Below are positions 55,449 through 64,000 of a stretch of DNA of 64,000 nucleotides, in pieces. Below the pieces are notes generated by a model. The model was not told the origin of the DNA and did not search any database. It saw only the letters and a program-made list of their open reading frames with translations. The DNA is from a phage. The stretch lies in sequence record PV730300.1, one strand, 5' to 3'. Both the position numbers and the translations under genes were made by a program. The number at the start of each line of letters is the position of its first letter. Positions within the stretch are counted from its first letter, which is position 1.

Positions 55449-56276
55449 TTACAGAATGTGTTGTTTTGTGTAACGATCCAAGAATTCAAAGTTTTCAGCA
55501 TACTTTGAAATTCGGTTGTAACCTTCTCCCAAGCATCCAAAGAAAAGTTGCTCTACATAGTAGTGTGGCAATTGACTAAGAATGATTTTGAAGTCTTCAT
55601 GATTTTGGCCCATAAGATATTTAATAGGACGAACAAGACACTGTGCATCACGTTCTTCATTAATCATTTTAACAAATGCTTCTGGTGTATTAATGTAGTT
55701 AAAATTCAGTTTAGCTTCGGTATCTGCTTGATTACCTTCATATTTTGCAAAATACAGGAAGTAAACATCATTTTTAACTTGATTTTCATCAAGAATCTCA
55801 ATCAGTTTGTCTTCATGCGTTCCAGTGATATTTACATCATCAATGAATACAAGCTTCTTATCACCCCAGAATTCTTTGTTGCAGTAGAATGTATCCCCAT
55901 CAATAAGTTTCTTACGACTAGCTTTATCCAAGAAACCATAATCGTTGATATAGCTAACTTTACGATGAATAATGTCCAGTTCTGCTGAACGACCTTGATC
56001 ATATTGTGATTGCAACATGTTAAAGTAATTAATAAAATGATCTGTCATCATTGTTGCAGCATTATGCACATGGTTGTAAGGAGAAGGAATGATAACAAAT
56101 TGTTCCCCAATATGTTTCATTGCCACTTGAGCAAAAAACTGAAGTGCCAATTCTTTACCCATACGACGCGCGGCTTGGTTACTACCAAATTTCAATTTTG
56201 AATAATCTTGGATATCAAAAGTAGCAGTTTCCAGGTCATCAAATTTATTTGCAAAAATTTGAGTTTGATTACGCAT
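55449..56276 (-). CDS. Type I phosphoribosyltransferase-like protein
   Basis: PRPP-binding-type motif KKLVFIDDVNITGTHE (hydrophobic run, DD, then TGxT); not similar by eye to Prs N-terminus. Confidence 0.5.
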   Translation of the reverse strand: MRNQTQIFANKFDDLETATFDIQDYSKLKFGSNQAARRMGKELALQFFAQVAMKHIGEQFVIIPSPYNHVHNAATMMTDHFINYFNMLQSQYDQGRSAELDIIHRKVSYINDYGFLDKASRKKLIDGDTFYCNKEFWGDKKLVFIDDVNITGTHEDKLIEILDENQVKNDVYFLYFAKYEGNQADTEAKLNFNYINTPEAFVKMINEERDAQCLVRPIKYLMGQNHEDFKIILSQLPHYYVEQLFFGCLGEGYNRISKYAENFEFLDRYTKQHIL

Positions 56277-56925
56277 TTACAATTTCTCCTCTTTTAAGTT
56301 TCTCTAGTAAGTCGTTAGGGTTCTTAATATGACAGAAGTTAAATCCTAAGTCAACACATTTTCCATCATATTCTTCACTATCGCCTACGTGCAATACTTC
56401 GTGCCCTAACAGAGGGATCGGAGAATACGTGAGCGTGCGAGCAAAGAATCGCGGATCTGGTTTACAAAGTAAAGCTTCATCCGAGAAATGGGTGAACTCA
56501 AAACAATTCCAACTATCAAACTTACAAGCACGACGCAGGATATCCCCTGATATAAAGTTGGTATTGCTCTTAATACTCAAATCATAACGTCCCGAAAGAT
56601 ACAGCAAGTACATCGGCAGATCCACGGCTACGTGTGGTGGAAACTTAAGGAACCACTGTTCACACTCAAAACGAAGCTTTGCAGACTTCCAAGGCGTTAT
56701 CCCAAGTTCAGAACCAAGTCTTTCCCAGGCGTATGCTGCACACTCGGCTTTGCCTTGAAGTGCTGCATTATCCAGTTCCTTTTTGATCTTCTTATAAGCT
56801 GCTCTTGCTTCCACTTCTGTAATATCTCCATATTTTGCGATAGTCCAGGCTCGCATATCTGCGTAATTGGAGTTTGCTGTGATCAGTGTGTTCCATACAT
56901 CAAAAGAGATATGTTTAATAGTCAT
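56269..56925 (-). CDS. HAD-superfamily hydrolase with non-canonical motif I
   Basis: Motif I FDVWNTL (Asp nucleophile but Trp at D+2, as in DxYGT dehalogenase-type), motif II SIKSNT, motif III CKPDP, motif IV VGDSEEYD. Confidence 0.5.
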   Translation of the reverse strand: MTIKHISFDVWNTLITANSNYADMRAWTIAKYGDITEVEARAAYKKIKKELDNAALQGKAECAAYAWERLGSELGITPWKSAKLRFECEQWFLKFPPHVAVDLPMYLLYLSGRYDLSIKSNTNFISGDILRRACKFDSWNCFEFTHFSDEALLCKPDPRFFARTLTYSPIPLLGHEVLHVGDSEEYDGKCVDLGFNFCHIKNPNDLLEKLKRGEIVNA

Positions 56926-56926
56926 A

Positions 56927-57532
56927 TTAAGCCCACCATGCGTCTAAGTTAAGATTACTGTCCACTACCACTTGTTCTATGTGGTAGCCTTTTATCTGTA
57001 TCCCACTGTTCAAGAGCATATCATACGCTTCATTGAAACGCAACTTATCTTCTGCGGAATATAAGCGAGCATTATAAAATCGGTAATCAATTTCTTCAGC
57101 ATTAGAAGAAATACGGAAGAAGTTTGTTTCTACTTCGGGGTCACTTGCTGAAGTCTTAATGTGAACTTCTCCGTAATTTTCTTTACTTAGATCCATGAAA
57201 AGAACACAGGCAACATGTTTAAACATTCGTTCCAGTTTGTAACGAACAACATTGAAACCTGCATTCTCAAGTTTTTCTACACACTGCAACATTAAAGTAG
57301 TGTCGAGATCGCTTTGATACTTTGTTAACATACGATCACGTTGAGACTTTGTATCCCGATGTAAATCAATTGTTGTGCATTTGGCACCAATAATCTTAGC
57401 TGCTTTCATCAACTCTTCAGAACTAACGTTAGATAAAGTAAGATGAAAATGGGCTTTCCACACTTTTTTAGCAGGGACACCAAAAGATTTATCCCCACTA
57501 TTCGGCATGTTGACTACTACACTATGTTGCAT
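56927..57532 (-). CDS. Hypothetical protein (possible degenerate 2H-phosphoesterase-like, weak)
   Basis: 201 aa; one H-x-T-x motif (HFHLTL) and a second imperfect one (VHIKTSAS). Confidence 0.35.
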   Translation of the reverse strand: MQHSVVVNMPNSGDKSFGVPAKKVWKAHFHLTLSNVSSEELMKAAKIIGAKCTTIDLHRDTKSQRDRMLTKYQSDLDTTLMLQCVEKLENAGFNVVRYKLERMFKHVACVLFMDLSKENYGEVHIKTSASDPEVETNFFRISSNAEEIDYRFYNARLYSAEDKLRFNEAYDMLLNSGIQIKGYHIEQVVVDSNLNLDAWWA

Positions 57533-57547
57533 TACTTATCTCCTCAC

Positions 57548-57739
57548 TTAAAATGGAAGTCTTTGAAGTTCATCTCCTCCGATATCAAGTAATTTAGCAA
57601 CATCTTGATCAGAAAGCAACTCTTTTCTTTGTAAAATATCTACAAGGGTTGCAAGAATGTCCTTAACGTCCCGATCACTGTTCTTCAAAAGTTCTCCTGC
57701 CGTCCCTACTCTATCTCCTACAGCAAAATATGTAACCAT
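57548..57739 (-). CDS. Hypothetical small protein
   Basis: Likely starts at internal ATG (MVTYFAV...) to avoid overlap with nrdG. Confidence 0.3.
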   Translation of the reverse strand: MVTYFAVGDRVGTAGELLKNSDRDVKDILATLVDILQRKELLSDQDVAKLLDIGGDELQRLPF

Positions 57740-57752
57740 GAAACCTCCTAAG

Positions 57753-58223
57753 TTAATCTGATTGCCAACCACTTGCCGTTTTGGTCCATAATCTTTGATT
57801 ATCTGACCCTCTGAAAGGTTTTGTAGTTGGATTGTTTATTTCATACTTTCCGTCTACAATAATGTCAACAAGATTTTTAATATACAAAGGCACTTCCTCA
57901 AAAGTATATCCTGTATACACCATTATATCTTTGCTTGACCCATAAACATCTCTAACCTTTTCTATAAGGTTTTTAACATTGTAAATATTCTGCGGATCTA
58001 ATGGCTCTCCTCCTAAAATTGTTAAACCTTTTACAAACGGTCTTGACAAATCTTTTAAAACTTGCTCTACATTTTCGTGAGTAAACGGTTTCCCATAAGA
58101 ATAAGACCAGGCTTTTTGGTTAAAACAGCCACGACAACCGTGGCTACAACCACTAACCCAGAGGGAGCACCTAACTCCCTCACCATTAATAAGATCTACA
58201 GGTTCGTATCCTGCAAAATTCAA
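57753..58223 (-). CDS. nrdG: Anaerobic ribonucleoside-triphosphate reductase activating protein
   Basis: Radical-SAM cluster motif CSHGCRGC; overlaps stop of nrdD. Confidence 0.8.
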   Translation of the reverse strand: MNFAGYEPVDLINGEGVRCSLWVSGCSHGCRGCFNQKAWSYSYGKPFTHENVEQVLKDLSRPFVKGLTILGGEPLDPQNIYNVKNLIEKVRDVYGSSKDIMVYTGYTFEEVPLYIKNLVDIIVDGKYEINNPTTKPFRGSDNQRLWTKTASGWQSD

Positions 58224-60046
58224 AAATGTTTCTCCCTTTGCAAAACTTCCTGCATTTTACCTTTGTTATAAGGCCGTGAATTAGGGGCAGAAAGATACCC
58301 TGATACACGTCTAACTACAGAAATAGTTTCTTCTTCATGGTTGCCACAATCAGGACACTCAAACCCTTTAGCCGTTGCCTTAAATTCCCCATGAAAACCA
58401 CACTTAAAGCATTGATCCACGGGCTGATTAATACCAAAATAGTGAATATGTTCATAAGCGTAGTCTACTAAAGTCTCCAAAGCTTCTAAGTTATTCTTTA
58501 AGTTTGGTGTTTCGACATAACTTATGTTACCACCATTACTAATCTGTGCAAAACCTGCTTCATAATCCCATTTTTCAAAAGGATTTGTTACCAACCATAC
58601 AGGTTGATGAAAAGAGTTAGTAAGATAGTCTCTTTCTACCAAACCTGGGTATTTTTCATTTAAAGCTGTTGCAAACTTATAGCACAAAGATTCTGCTGGA
58701 GTTCCATAGAGACTAAACGCCAAATTAGATCGTTCTTTAAACACAGCACACACATCTTTCATATGTTGCAGAATGTTTTTACCAAGTTCCTTTTTATCTT
58801 TTTCTTCTGGATAAAGGATTTCCAAAGCTTCGGCAAGACCTACATAACCAATACTAATAGAAGCATAACCACCTTCAAACAAAACACCAATTTCATCGTT
58901 GGCATTTAAACGCGCTAAAGCCCCTTCCATGAAAAGAATAGGGTTTTCAGATGCTTTGGTATGTCTGATACGGTTTACACGTAGCATGTGAGCATCGTAG
59001 GCTATCTCCATATGTTTATTAAGAAGATCGGTGAAAGATTCTCCTTTACTTCTCGCTTCCGCAGCGATCAGAGGTAAGTTGATAGAAACTACTCCAAGGT
59101 TGAATCGTCCATCGTATTTTTCTCCTTGTTCGGTGGCATAGTGAGAAAGGAAGCTTCTGCAACCCATGCTTGTAACCTTGCCATCTGAAGATCCTGTGAC
59201 TTCCATGTTCAGTGGAACAGAGATGAAATCAGGGTAAATCCTTTCTGCACAACATTCCATTGCCAGTTGCTTGAGATCGTAATTCGGGTCACCCGGTTTC
59301 ATATTCACCCCGTCTTTCAGGAAGAACACGACTTTCGGGAATACTGGGGTCACGCGATCCTTCCCAAGACCTCCTGTATGAACCTTTAAATAGTTCTTAG
59401 TGATCATTCGTCCAAAAACAGAGGTGTCCAAGCCGAGGCTGATAGTGATGAATGGTGATTGACCATTCACACTCATCAAGGTATTAACTTGATACAGAAG
59501 TGTTTGCATTGCGTCATAAACAAGACTGTCCACCACTTCCATCGCCCTTTTCTCTAAGTCCTCTGTATTAGGACCACGATAATTTTTGCTGAGATTATTA
59601 AAGATTTTGTTGTAGCTTTTTTCTACGTATTGTTTTAATCCCTCGTCAATATGCGCACAAGTCTGTCCACCATACTGGCTCGATGCTACAGCTTGGATGA
59701 TTTGAGTTAGCACTGTGGTAGCTACTCCAATAGATTTTGGTTTTTCTATCTGTGCAGCACCGATCTTAAAACCATTTTCTAACATATCTTGGTAATTAAC
59801 AAGACAACAGTTTGTAAGAGGAGAGAGCAGATAATCCAAGTCGTGAATATGTCCAAAACCTTCTGTATGCCATTCTGACAAGTTTTTTGGCAGTATCTGT
59901 GTCATTGCCATATGTTTGCTTAAAATCCCCGCCAAGAGATCCCTGTGTGTGTTAACGAGGTGGGAAGGTTTGTTTGCATTCTCTCTAGTGTATGTTTCTG
60001 AAGTGCGATCTAAAAAAGAAAAAACATCTTGGTACAAATCTTTCAT
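58220..60046 (-). CDS. nrdD: Anaerobic ribonucleoside-triphosphate reductase
   Basis: 608 aa; C-terminal zinc ribbon (CFKCG...CPDCG) and glycyl-radical motif RRVSGYL. Confidence 0.85.
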   Translation of the reverse strand: MKDLYQDVFSFLDRTSETYTRENANKPSHLVNTHRDLLAGILSKHMAMTQILPKNLSEWHTEGFGHIHDLDYLLSPLTNCCLVNYQDMLENGFKIGAAQIEKPKSIGVATTVLTQIIQAVASSQYGGQTCAHIDEGLKQYVEKSYNKIFNNLSKNYRGPNTEDLEKRAMEVVDSLVYDAMQTLLYQVNTLMSVNGQSPFITISLGLDTSVFGRMITKNYLKVHTGGLGKDRVTPVFPKVVFFLKDGVNMKPGDPNYDLKQLAMECCAERIYPDFISVPLNMEVTGSSDGKVTSMGCRSFLSHYATEQGEKYDGRFNLGVVSINLPLIAAEARSKGESFTDLLNKHMEIAYDAHMLRVNRIRHTKASENPILFMEGALARLNANDEIGVLFEGGYASISIGYVGLAEALEILYPEEKDKKELGKNILQHMKDVCAVFKERSNLAFSLYGTPAESLCYKFATALNEKYPGLVERDYLTNSFHQPVWLVTNPFEKWDYEAGFAQISNGGNISYVETPNLKNNLEALETLVDYAYEHIHYFGINQPVDQCFKCGFHGEFKATAKGFECPDCGNHEEETISVVRRVSGYLSAPNSRPYNKGKMQEVLQREKHF

Positions 60047-60114
60047 TATTAATCCTTATTTTGTGAGTAGAACTATTATTCTACCTCTTCCAACCGAAAA
60101 AAGCTTTGAGGAAA

Positions 60115-60140
60115 ATCAAAAAAGGCGCAAAGTGCGCCTT
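60115..60140 (-). terminator. Rho-independent terminator (minus strand), likely bidirectional
   Basis: ggcgca/tgcgcc hairpin flanked by A6 upstream and tttaagtttt downstream on plus strand (T6 on minus). Confidence 0.55.
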
Positions 60141-60146
60141 TAAGTT

Positions 60147-61496
60147 TTATCGTTTGGAGAGGAATTGTCTTCCCATGATCTTACCGTTCTTTACAGCGGT
60201 CCCATCGTGTCCATTATAATCCCAAGTTCCATCAATGTTACGCAAGAAGCTATCACGAACAGTGTAGGCTTTACCGTTCTCTACTTTACTTTCTTCAACA
60301 ATGATTGCCATAACAAGCTTATTTTCAATTTCGGTAGTAACCGATTCTTTAATACCCTCTGTAACTTCACGATCATATTGGATATAAACTCGCTCCTCGG
60401 TCACTTGCACGTCTACCACATTTTTAAATGTGTATGTCTGCTGTGTAGTGTAAAGGACACGAACAACACTCTTCTTACCTACTGGCGGCTTCTTACGAGG
60501 CTTACGGTAACGTGGAGACGGGTTAAGTTTAATATAGCCTACAATGTCTGATCCATCTCCAGAGTGGCTCCAATAAAGTGTCTCTGCCAACAAACCTTTT
60601 CCTTGGTCCCCATTTCGAAAAAGAACATCAACAGGACCATCACAAGGGCGTTTACCTCCGATGTGGGCTTGGTATTTTGCTGTTCTTGGGAGAACAAAAT
60701 ATTCTTCAATCTGCCATTCACTATCGTATTTCTCCCATTCAAAGTGGTTGGCTTTGCATACTTCTAAAACACCATTTTTGTAACGGACTTGAACAAAGTC
60801 CTCACAAGGTTGAATACCTGTATTAGGAATATAGGTAGGCTCTGTGTCTTCTGGTTCAAAAGTCTTTTTTTGTTGTTCCACATCTTCCACTTTTCTTACA
60901 TGCTTAGTATAAAACATATCTTTAAACTCCTGTGCTTCAACCTCAACTGCAAATTCATGTTCTCTGACCGCCGGAGGCACAAGACTTCCACACTCAAGAT
61001 GTAGAGCATCCAGACCTGCCATTTTATCGTAAAAGATAACTTTTCGATACTTCTTACCGTCTTCTGGAATAGCAGGGTCTACTCGTTTAAGACGGGAAGC
61101 ATCGCTTTTAGTCCAAAAACTCTTCCCTGTTGTATTATTGAAAGTAGTAATCATTTCTCCAATTTCTTCTTCAGAAAGGTTACTAGTGTCTGTGTAAACA
61201 TCTTCAATTTTTAGCATTTTAGTTTTCTTAAAAATTAAATCTAGCATTGCATCTCCTGTAAAACGTAGTTCATTATCTCCTACTGTCGGCTCTCCATTAA
61301 ATTCATCGGTCCCGACTGTGTGACAGATGTATGGAAAATTTGTGCAACCGTGTAAAAGAGCATATTGTCCTGTAAGTTTAGGATCTGTCTCTTTAGTCCA
61401 ACCATATGCAATCTCAATAGCTTTGCAAAGCCTATCGAACAAGCCCCGATTGTTTGCCGCTGTTACCAAATCTTGCTTATGTGCATATACATTCAT
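60147..61496 (-). CDS. Hypothetical protein
   Basis: 449 aa ORF, no motif recognised. Confidence 0.45.
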   Translation of the reverse strand: MNVYAHKQDLVTAANNRGLFDRLCKAIEIAYGWTKETDPKLTGQYALLHGCTNFPYICHTVGTDEFNGEPTVGDNELRFTGDAMLDLIFKKTKMLKIEDVYTDTSNLSEEEIGEMITTFNNTTGKSFWTKSDASRLKRVDPAIPEDGKKYRKVIFYDKMAGLDALHLECGSLVPPAVREHEFAVEVEAQEFKDMFYTKHVRKVEDVEQQKKTFEPEDTEPTYIPNTGIQPCEDFVQVRYKNGVLEVCKANHFEWEKYDSEWQIEEYFVLPRTAKYQAHIGGKRPCDGPVDVLFRNGDQGKGLLAETLYWSHSGDGSDIVGYIKLNPSPRYRKPRKKPPVGKKSVVRVLYTTQQTYTFKNVVDVQVTEERVYIQYDREVTEGIKESVTTEIENKLVMAIIVEESKVENGKAYTVRDSFLRNIDGTWDYNGHDGTAVKNGKIMGRQFLSKR

Positions 61497-62047
61497 AATA
61501 ACCCTCCTCGTTTTATTGCAATAGATGCCCTAGGCTCTGCGATACCAGTGGCGTATAAATATGGATGACCTTGTGGAGAAGTTCTCATCCCAAACGAACC
61601 TAATTCTAACCCATACATATCTTCCACGTCAAGACCAATATCTGTCTCTATGATTTGAGTTTGAACTTTGTAATACGTCCAAAAGAAATAGCGCATAGTT
61701 TCGGCATATTCTTTGACGGACGCTCCTGGATAAAACTCAATAATTTCCAACTTTAAGAAAATGTTAAAATGAGCATCATCCAATTCTTCTTCTGTTCGGT
61801 AGCAAGGTGTTAGAGCCATATAAGGATGATCTGTTGAAAATTCAAACCCATCTTTCTCCATCTGGAGGAAAGACTGCTCTGCACTGGCTACGTAGAACTT
61901 ACCATTAGGATGCCCCAAGGGGCGATCCTCTTTACCTTCTGGTAATGTATATGCAAGGATATCCGCATCTACAAGATAAGGGACTTCCAACATCTCCGCA
62001 AATCGCCCGTAGTAATCAATAGCTTGAGCAATAACAGCTACGTTCAT
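61493..62047 (-). CDS. Hypothetical protein
   Basis: 184 aa ORF overlapping stop/start with both neighbours. Confidence 0.4.
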   Translation of the reverse strand: MNVAVIAQAIDYYGRFAEMLEVPYLVDADILAYTLPEGKEDRPLGHPNGKFYVASAEQSFLQMEKDGFEFSTDHPYMALTPCYRTEEELDDAHFNIFLKLEIIEFYPGASVKEYAETMRYFFWTYYKVQTQIIETDIGLDVEDMYGLELGSFGMRTSPQGHPYLYATGIAEPRASIAIKRGGLL

Positions 62048-62295
62048 GATCTTCCTCCTGTGCGGAAAGCGCGTTTAGTAATGTTGGACATAATGATTAA
62101 ATCTTGTAAAGTCATATCTGGGAACTGTTGTTCTAAAACTCCCTCAACAGCACCTATAATATCTGACAATTCAACAAGTTGCATTATTTTGCAATCCTGC
62201 GCAACAGCATCAAAAAGTTCTTCTACTTCCTCTTTAATCTTTTCTATGCTGCCGTAAGGTTGTTTCTTAATGTCTGTTATGTGATACCCTGCCAT
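62044..62295 (-). CDS. MazG-like nucleotide pyrophosphohydrolase (small all-helical type)
   Basis: 83 aa; acidic helix pattern IEKIKEEVEELFDAV...LVELSDIIGAV resembles the MazG/HisE-type EExxE...ExxD signature. Confidence 0.4.
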   Translation of the reverse strand: MAGYHITDIKKQPYGSIEKIKEEVEELFDAVAQDCKIMQLVELSDIIGAVEGVLEQQFPDMTLQDLIIMSNITKRAFRTGGRS

Positions 62296-63888
62296 TTAAC
62301 GATCCTCTCTGATTTGATTAATCTTACGAGCAAGGGCAGCTATAAGCTTATCTTCTTCAGATACAGGAGCCGTGCTCTTACCTAAACGATGCATGTCTAA
62401 AATCTCTTGAACAGTCCGGTTCCATTGCAGACATTTAATACAACGTGTATGTGCAACATACAGAAGATTTCGTTCTGATTCTTCAAGACCTACCCACTCA
62501 CCCTTCTTATCATAATTAGAAGGGAAGTCATTTGCAACAATAACCTGATCCCATTCCAAACCTTTTGATTTGTGGGCTGTAGTTAAAGTAACTTTAGCCG
62601 TTGGAGAGTTACGGTGCATACGTAAAGTGTATGCAATATTATTAGCTTTACCAGAAACAACAATGTTTAAAAGTCGTTTTGCATCAGGATCTGATTCTGC
62701 ACACTCTACAAATTCTTCCCAAGAAGTGTAAGGGAGAACTGTCTCATGCTTAACTTTGTCCAAATCACCTCTACGTAAAGCATTAACACTATCAACCATA
62801 GAAATGAAATCTTTGGTATCTACGTTAATAATAATCTCTTCTCCGTTAGCGATTCGGTCCATAGCTTCGAGCAACAGAGTCAAATTCTTACGGAAAATAA
62901 TGGTGTAAGGTTTACTATAATCTACCACATCAGAATGAAAACTTCCAGTGACAGTATCATAACCTTTGCCTACCAGCGGATGCTTCAGAGGTGAGCGATC
63001 AGAAAGGATCGCATTAGCAATGTCCGCAACTTTAGGACCAAAGCGAAAACAAGCTGTCAGAGGCAACTCAACCCCATATGTAGCCGTTTGCTTCATCATG
63101 TTCTGGCTTCCACGGAACTGATAAATACTCTGAAACTCATCACCCACAACAACAATACGTTTAGCCGATTTAGCATTGCGAAGGATAGACAGGAATGCAG
63201 GGTTAACATCCTGGAATTCATCTCCAAAAATAATATCGTATCCTAAATCTTCTTTACTCAATTCAAAGAGTTTCACATAGGTGTCATGAGTCATAATGGT
63301 TTCTGATTTAGGATCAATACGCTCCCGCCAAAGTTGCTTCGCATATTTAACAACTTCGTTAATAAGTTTTTGTTCGTTGATGTTCTTACGTTTAAGATCT
63401 GACATATGCACTTTAGGAAAATGTTTATGTCCAATATGTTCATCGTCAGAAAACTCGTATTTAGCTAAAGTTTGTTTTACCATTAACCCGATCATTGCAC
63501 GAGTCAGTAGCACTTTACCATTCTTATCGATCAAGTTCTGAATCTTGAATTTTTTAGCAATCTCACTACCAGTTCCAGCTACGTTAACATATTGACCTTC
63601 TGGACGAGACAATTTGTGTCGAAGGTTTTGTGGAAGACGCTGGTAGCAGATAGAATGTAGCGTTCGGCACATAACATTAGGCGGCATTTTACGTCGAGCT
63701 TCCTCTGCCATACTTTTGTTAAACGCCAAGTATAGAATACTATCATTTGTGCCATTAGCCAACATATACAGTGTTGACGTTTTACCTGATCCAGATTTAG
63801 CTTGAATTGTAACGAAACGATTTTCTTTATACCCGCTTTCAATAGCGTATTGTTCCTCGGTAGGTGTAAAACTCAATTGTGTAGACAC
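62296..63888 (-). CDS. ATP-dependent DNA helicase, UvrD/Rep-like (SF1)
   Basis: Walker A AKSGSGKTSTL and motif II IIFGDEFQD. Confidence 0.75.
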   Translation of the reverse strand: MSTQLSFTPTEEQYAIESGYKENRFVTIQAKSGSGKTSTLYMLANGTNDSILYLAFNKSMAEEARRKMPPNVMCRTLHSICYQRLPQNLRHKLSRPEGQYVNVAGTGSEIAKKFKIQNLIDKNGKVLLTRAMIGLMVKQTLAKYEFSDDEHIGHKHFPKVHMSDLKRKNINEQKLINEVVKYAKQLWRERIDPKSETIMTHDTYVKLFELSKEDLGYDIIFGDEFQDVNPAFLSILRNAKSAKRIVVVGDEFQSIYQFRGSQNMMKQTATYGVELPLTACFRFGPKVADIANAILSDRSPLKHPLVGKGYDTVTGSFHSDVVDYSKPYTIIFRKNLTLLLEAMDRIANGEEIIINVDTKDFISMVDSVNALRRGDLDKVKHETVLPYTSWEEFVECAESDPDAKRLLNIVVSGKANNIAYTLRMHRNSPTAKVTLTTAHKSKGLEWDQVIVANDFPSNYDKKGEWVGLEESERNLLYVAHTRCIKCLQWNRTVQEILDMHRLGKSTAPVSEEDKLIAALARKINQIREDR

Positions 63889-64000
63889 GTATTTCTCCTC
63901 TCTTAATAAAAACTCTTGACAATCCTCATCATTTCCTTAGCTCTGTTGGCATAAGGTTCTTTTAGATTAGGTGGCAAATGTGCATTAATGTACCCCATTT

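Noticed and set aside
55449-56276. Identification of the PRTase as ribose-phosphate pyrophosphokinase (Prs) or nicotinamide PRTase (NadV)
   Set aside because: Only the generic type I PRPP-binding loop is recognisable; the N-terminus does not resemble Prs and the protein is far shorter than NadV-type enzymes, so a specific name is not supported without a search.
1-64000. T4-like classification of the phage
   Set aside because: The major capsid protein is lambda gpE-like with a gpD-like decoration protein, the polymerase is family A and the primase-helicase is T7 gp4-like; none of this matches T4-type core genes.
1-64000. tRNA genes or prophage integration features (integrase, att sites, repressor)
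   Set aside because: No cloverleaf-compatible sequences were recognised in intergenic regions by eye and no integrase or repressor-like ORF is present; the window looks like part of a virulent phage genome. A tRNAscan run would be needed to exclude tRNAs formally.

Overview
This 64 kb window reads as part of a virulent tailed-phage (myovirus) genome with enterobacteria-like codon usage and an E. coli SSB-like C-terminal tail motif. Nothing here was searched against a database; all calls rest on motifs read directly from the translated ORFs and DNA, on gene order and on hairpin/promoter inspection. Nucleotides 1-33500 are a plus-strand late structural module: a lambda-like head (scaffold C-terminus, gpD-like decoration protein, gpE-like major capsid protein), neck proteins, a contractile tail (sheath, tube, chaperone with a -1 frameshift site, tape measure), baseplate proteins and at least four fibre/spike proteins, punctuated by clear intrinsic terminators. 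Nucleotides 33500-64000 are a minus-strand replication and nucleotide-metabolism module: HNH endonuclease, SSB-like protein, family A DNA polymerase, orphan DNA methyltransferase, primase-helicase, four glycosyltransferases, secreted cell-wall hydrolase, a tellurite-resistance-like gene set (TerD, TerF/TerY-like vWA, TelA-like, TerC), a macro/PRTase/HAD trio, anaerobic ribonucleotide reductase NrdD/NrdG and a UvrD-like helicase. The strongest finding is a canonical group I intron core (recognisable P, Q, R, S elements, P7 pairing, GNRA hairpins) with an upstream endonuclease-like ORF lying between the tail chaperone and the tape-measure gene, whose annotated start lacks an ATG and ribosome-binding site. 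The other high-interest items are the phage-borne Ter-like gene set, the macro/PRTase/HAD nucleotide-metabolite module, and the four-gene glycosyltransferase block, which sits in the replication module. No tRNA genes or CRISPR arrays were recognised by eye. Many start codons are uncertain by a few codons.
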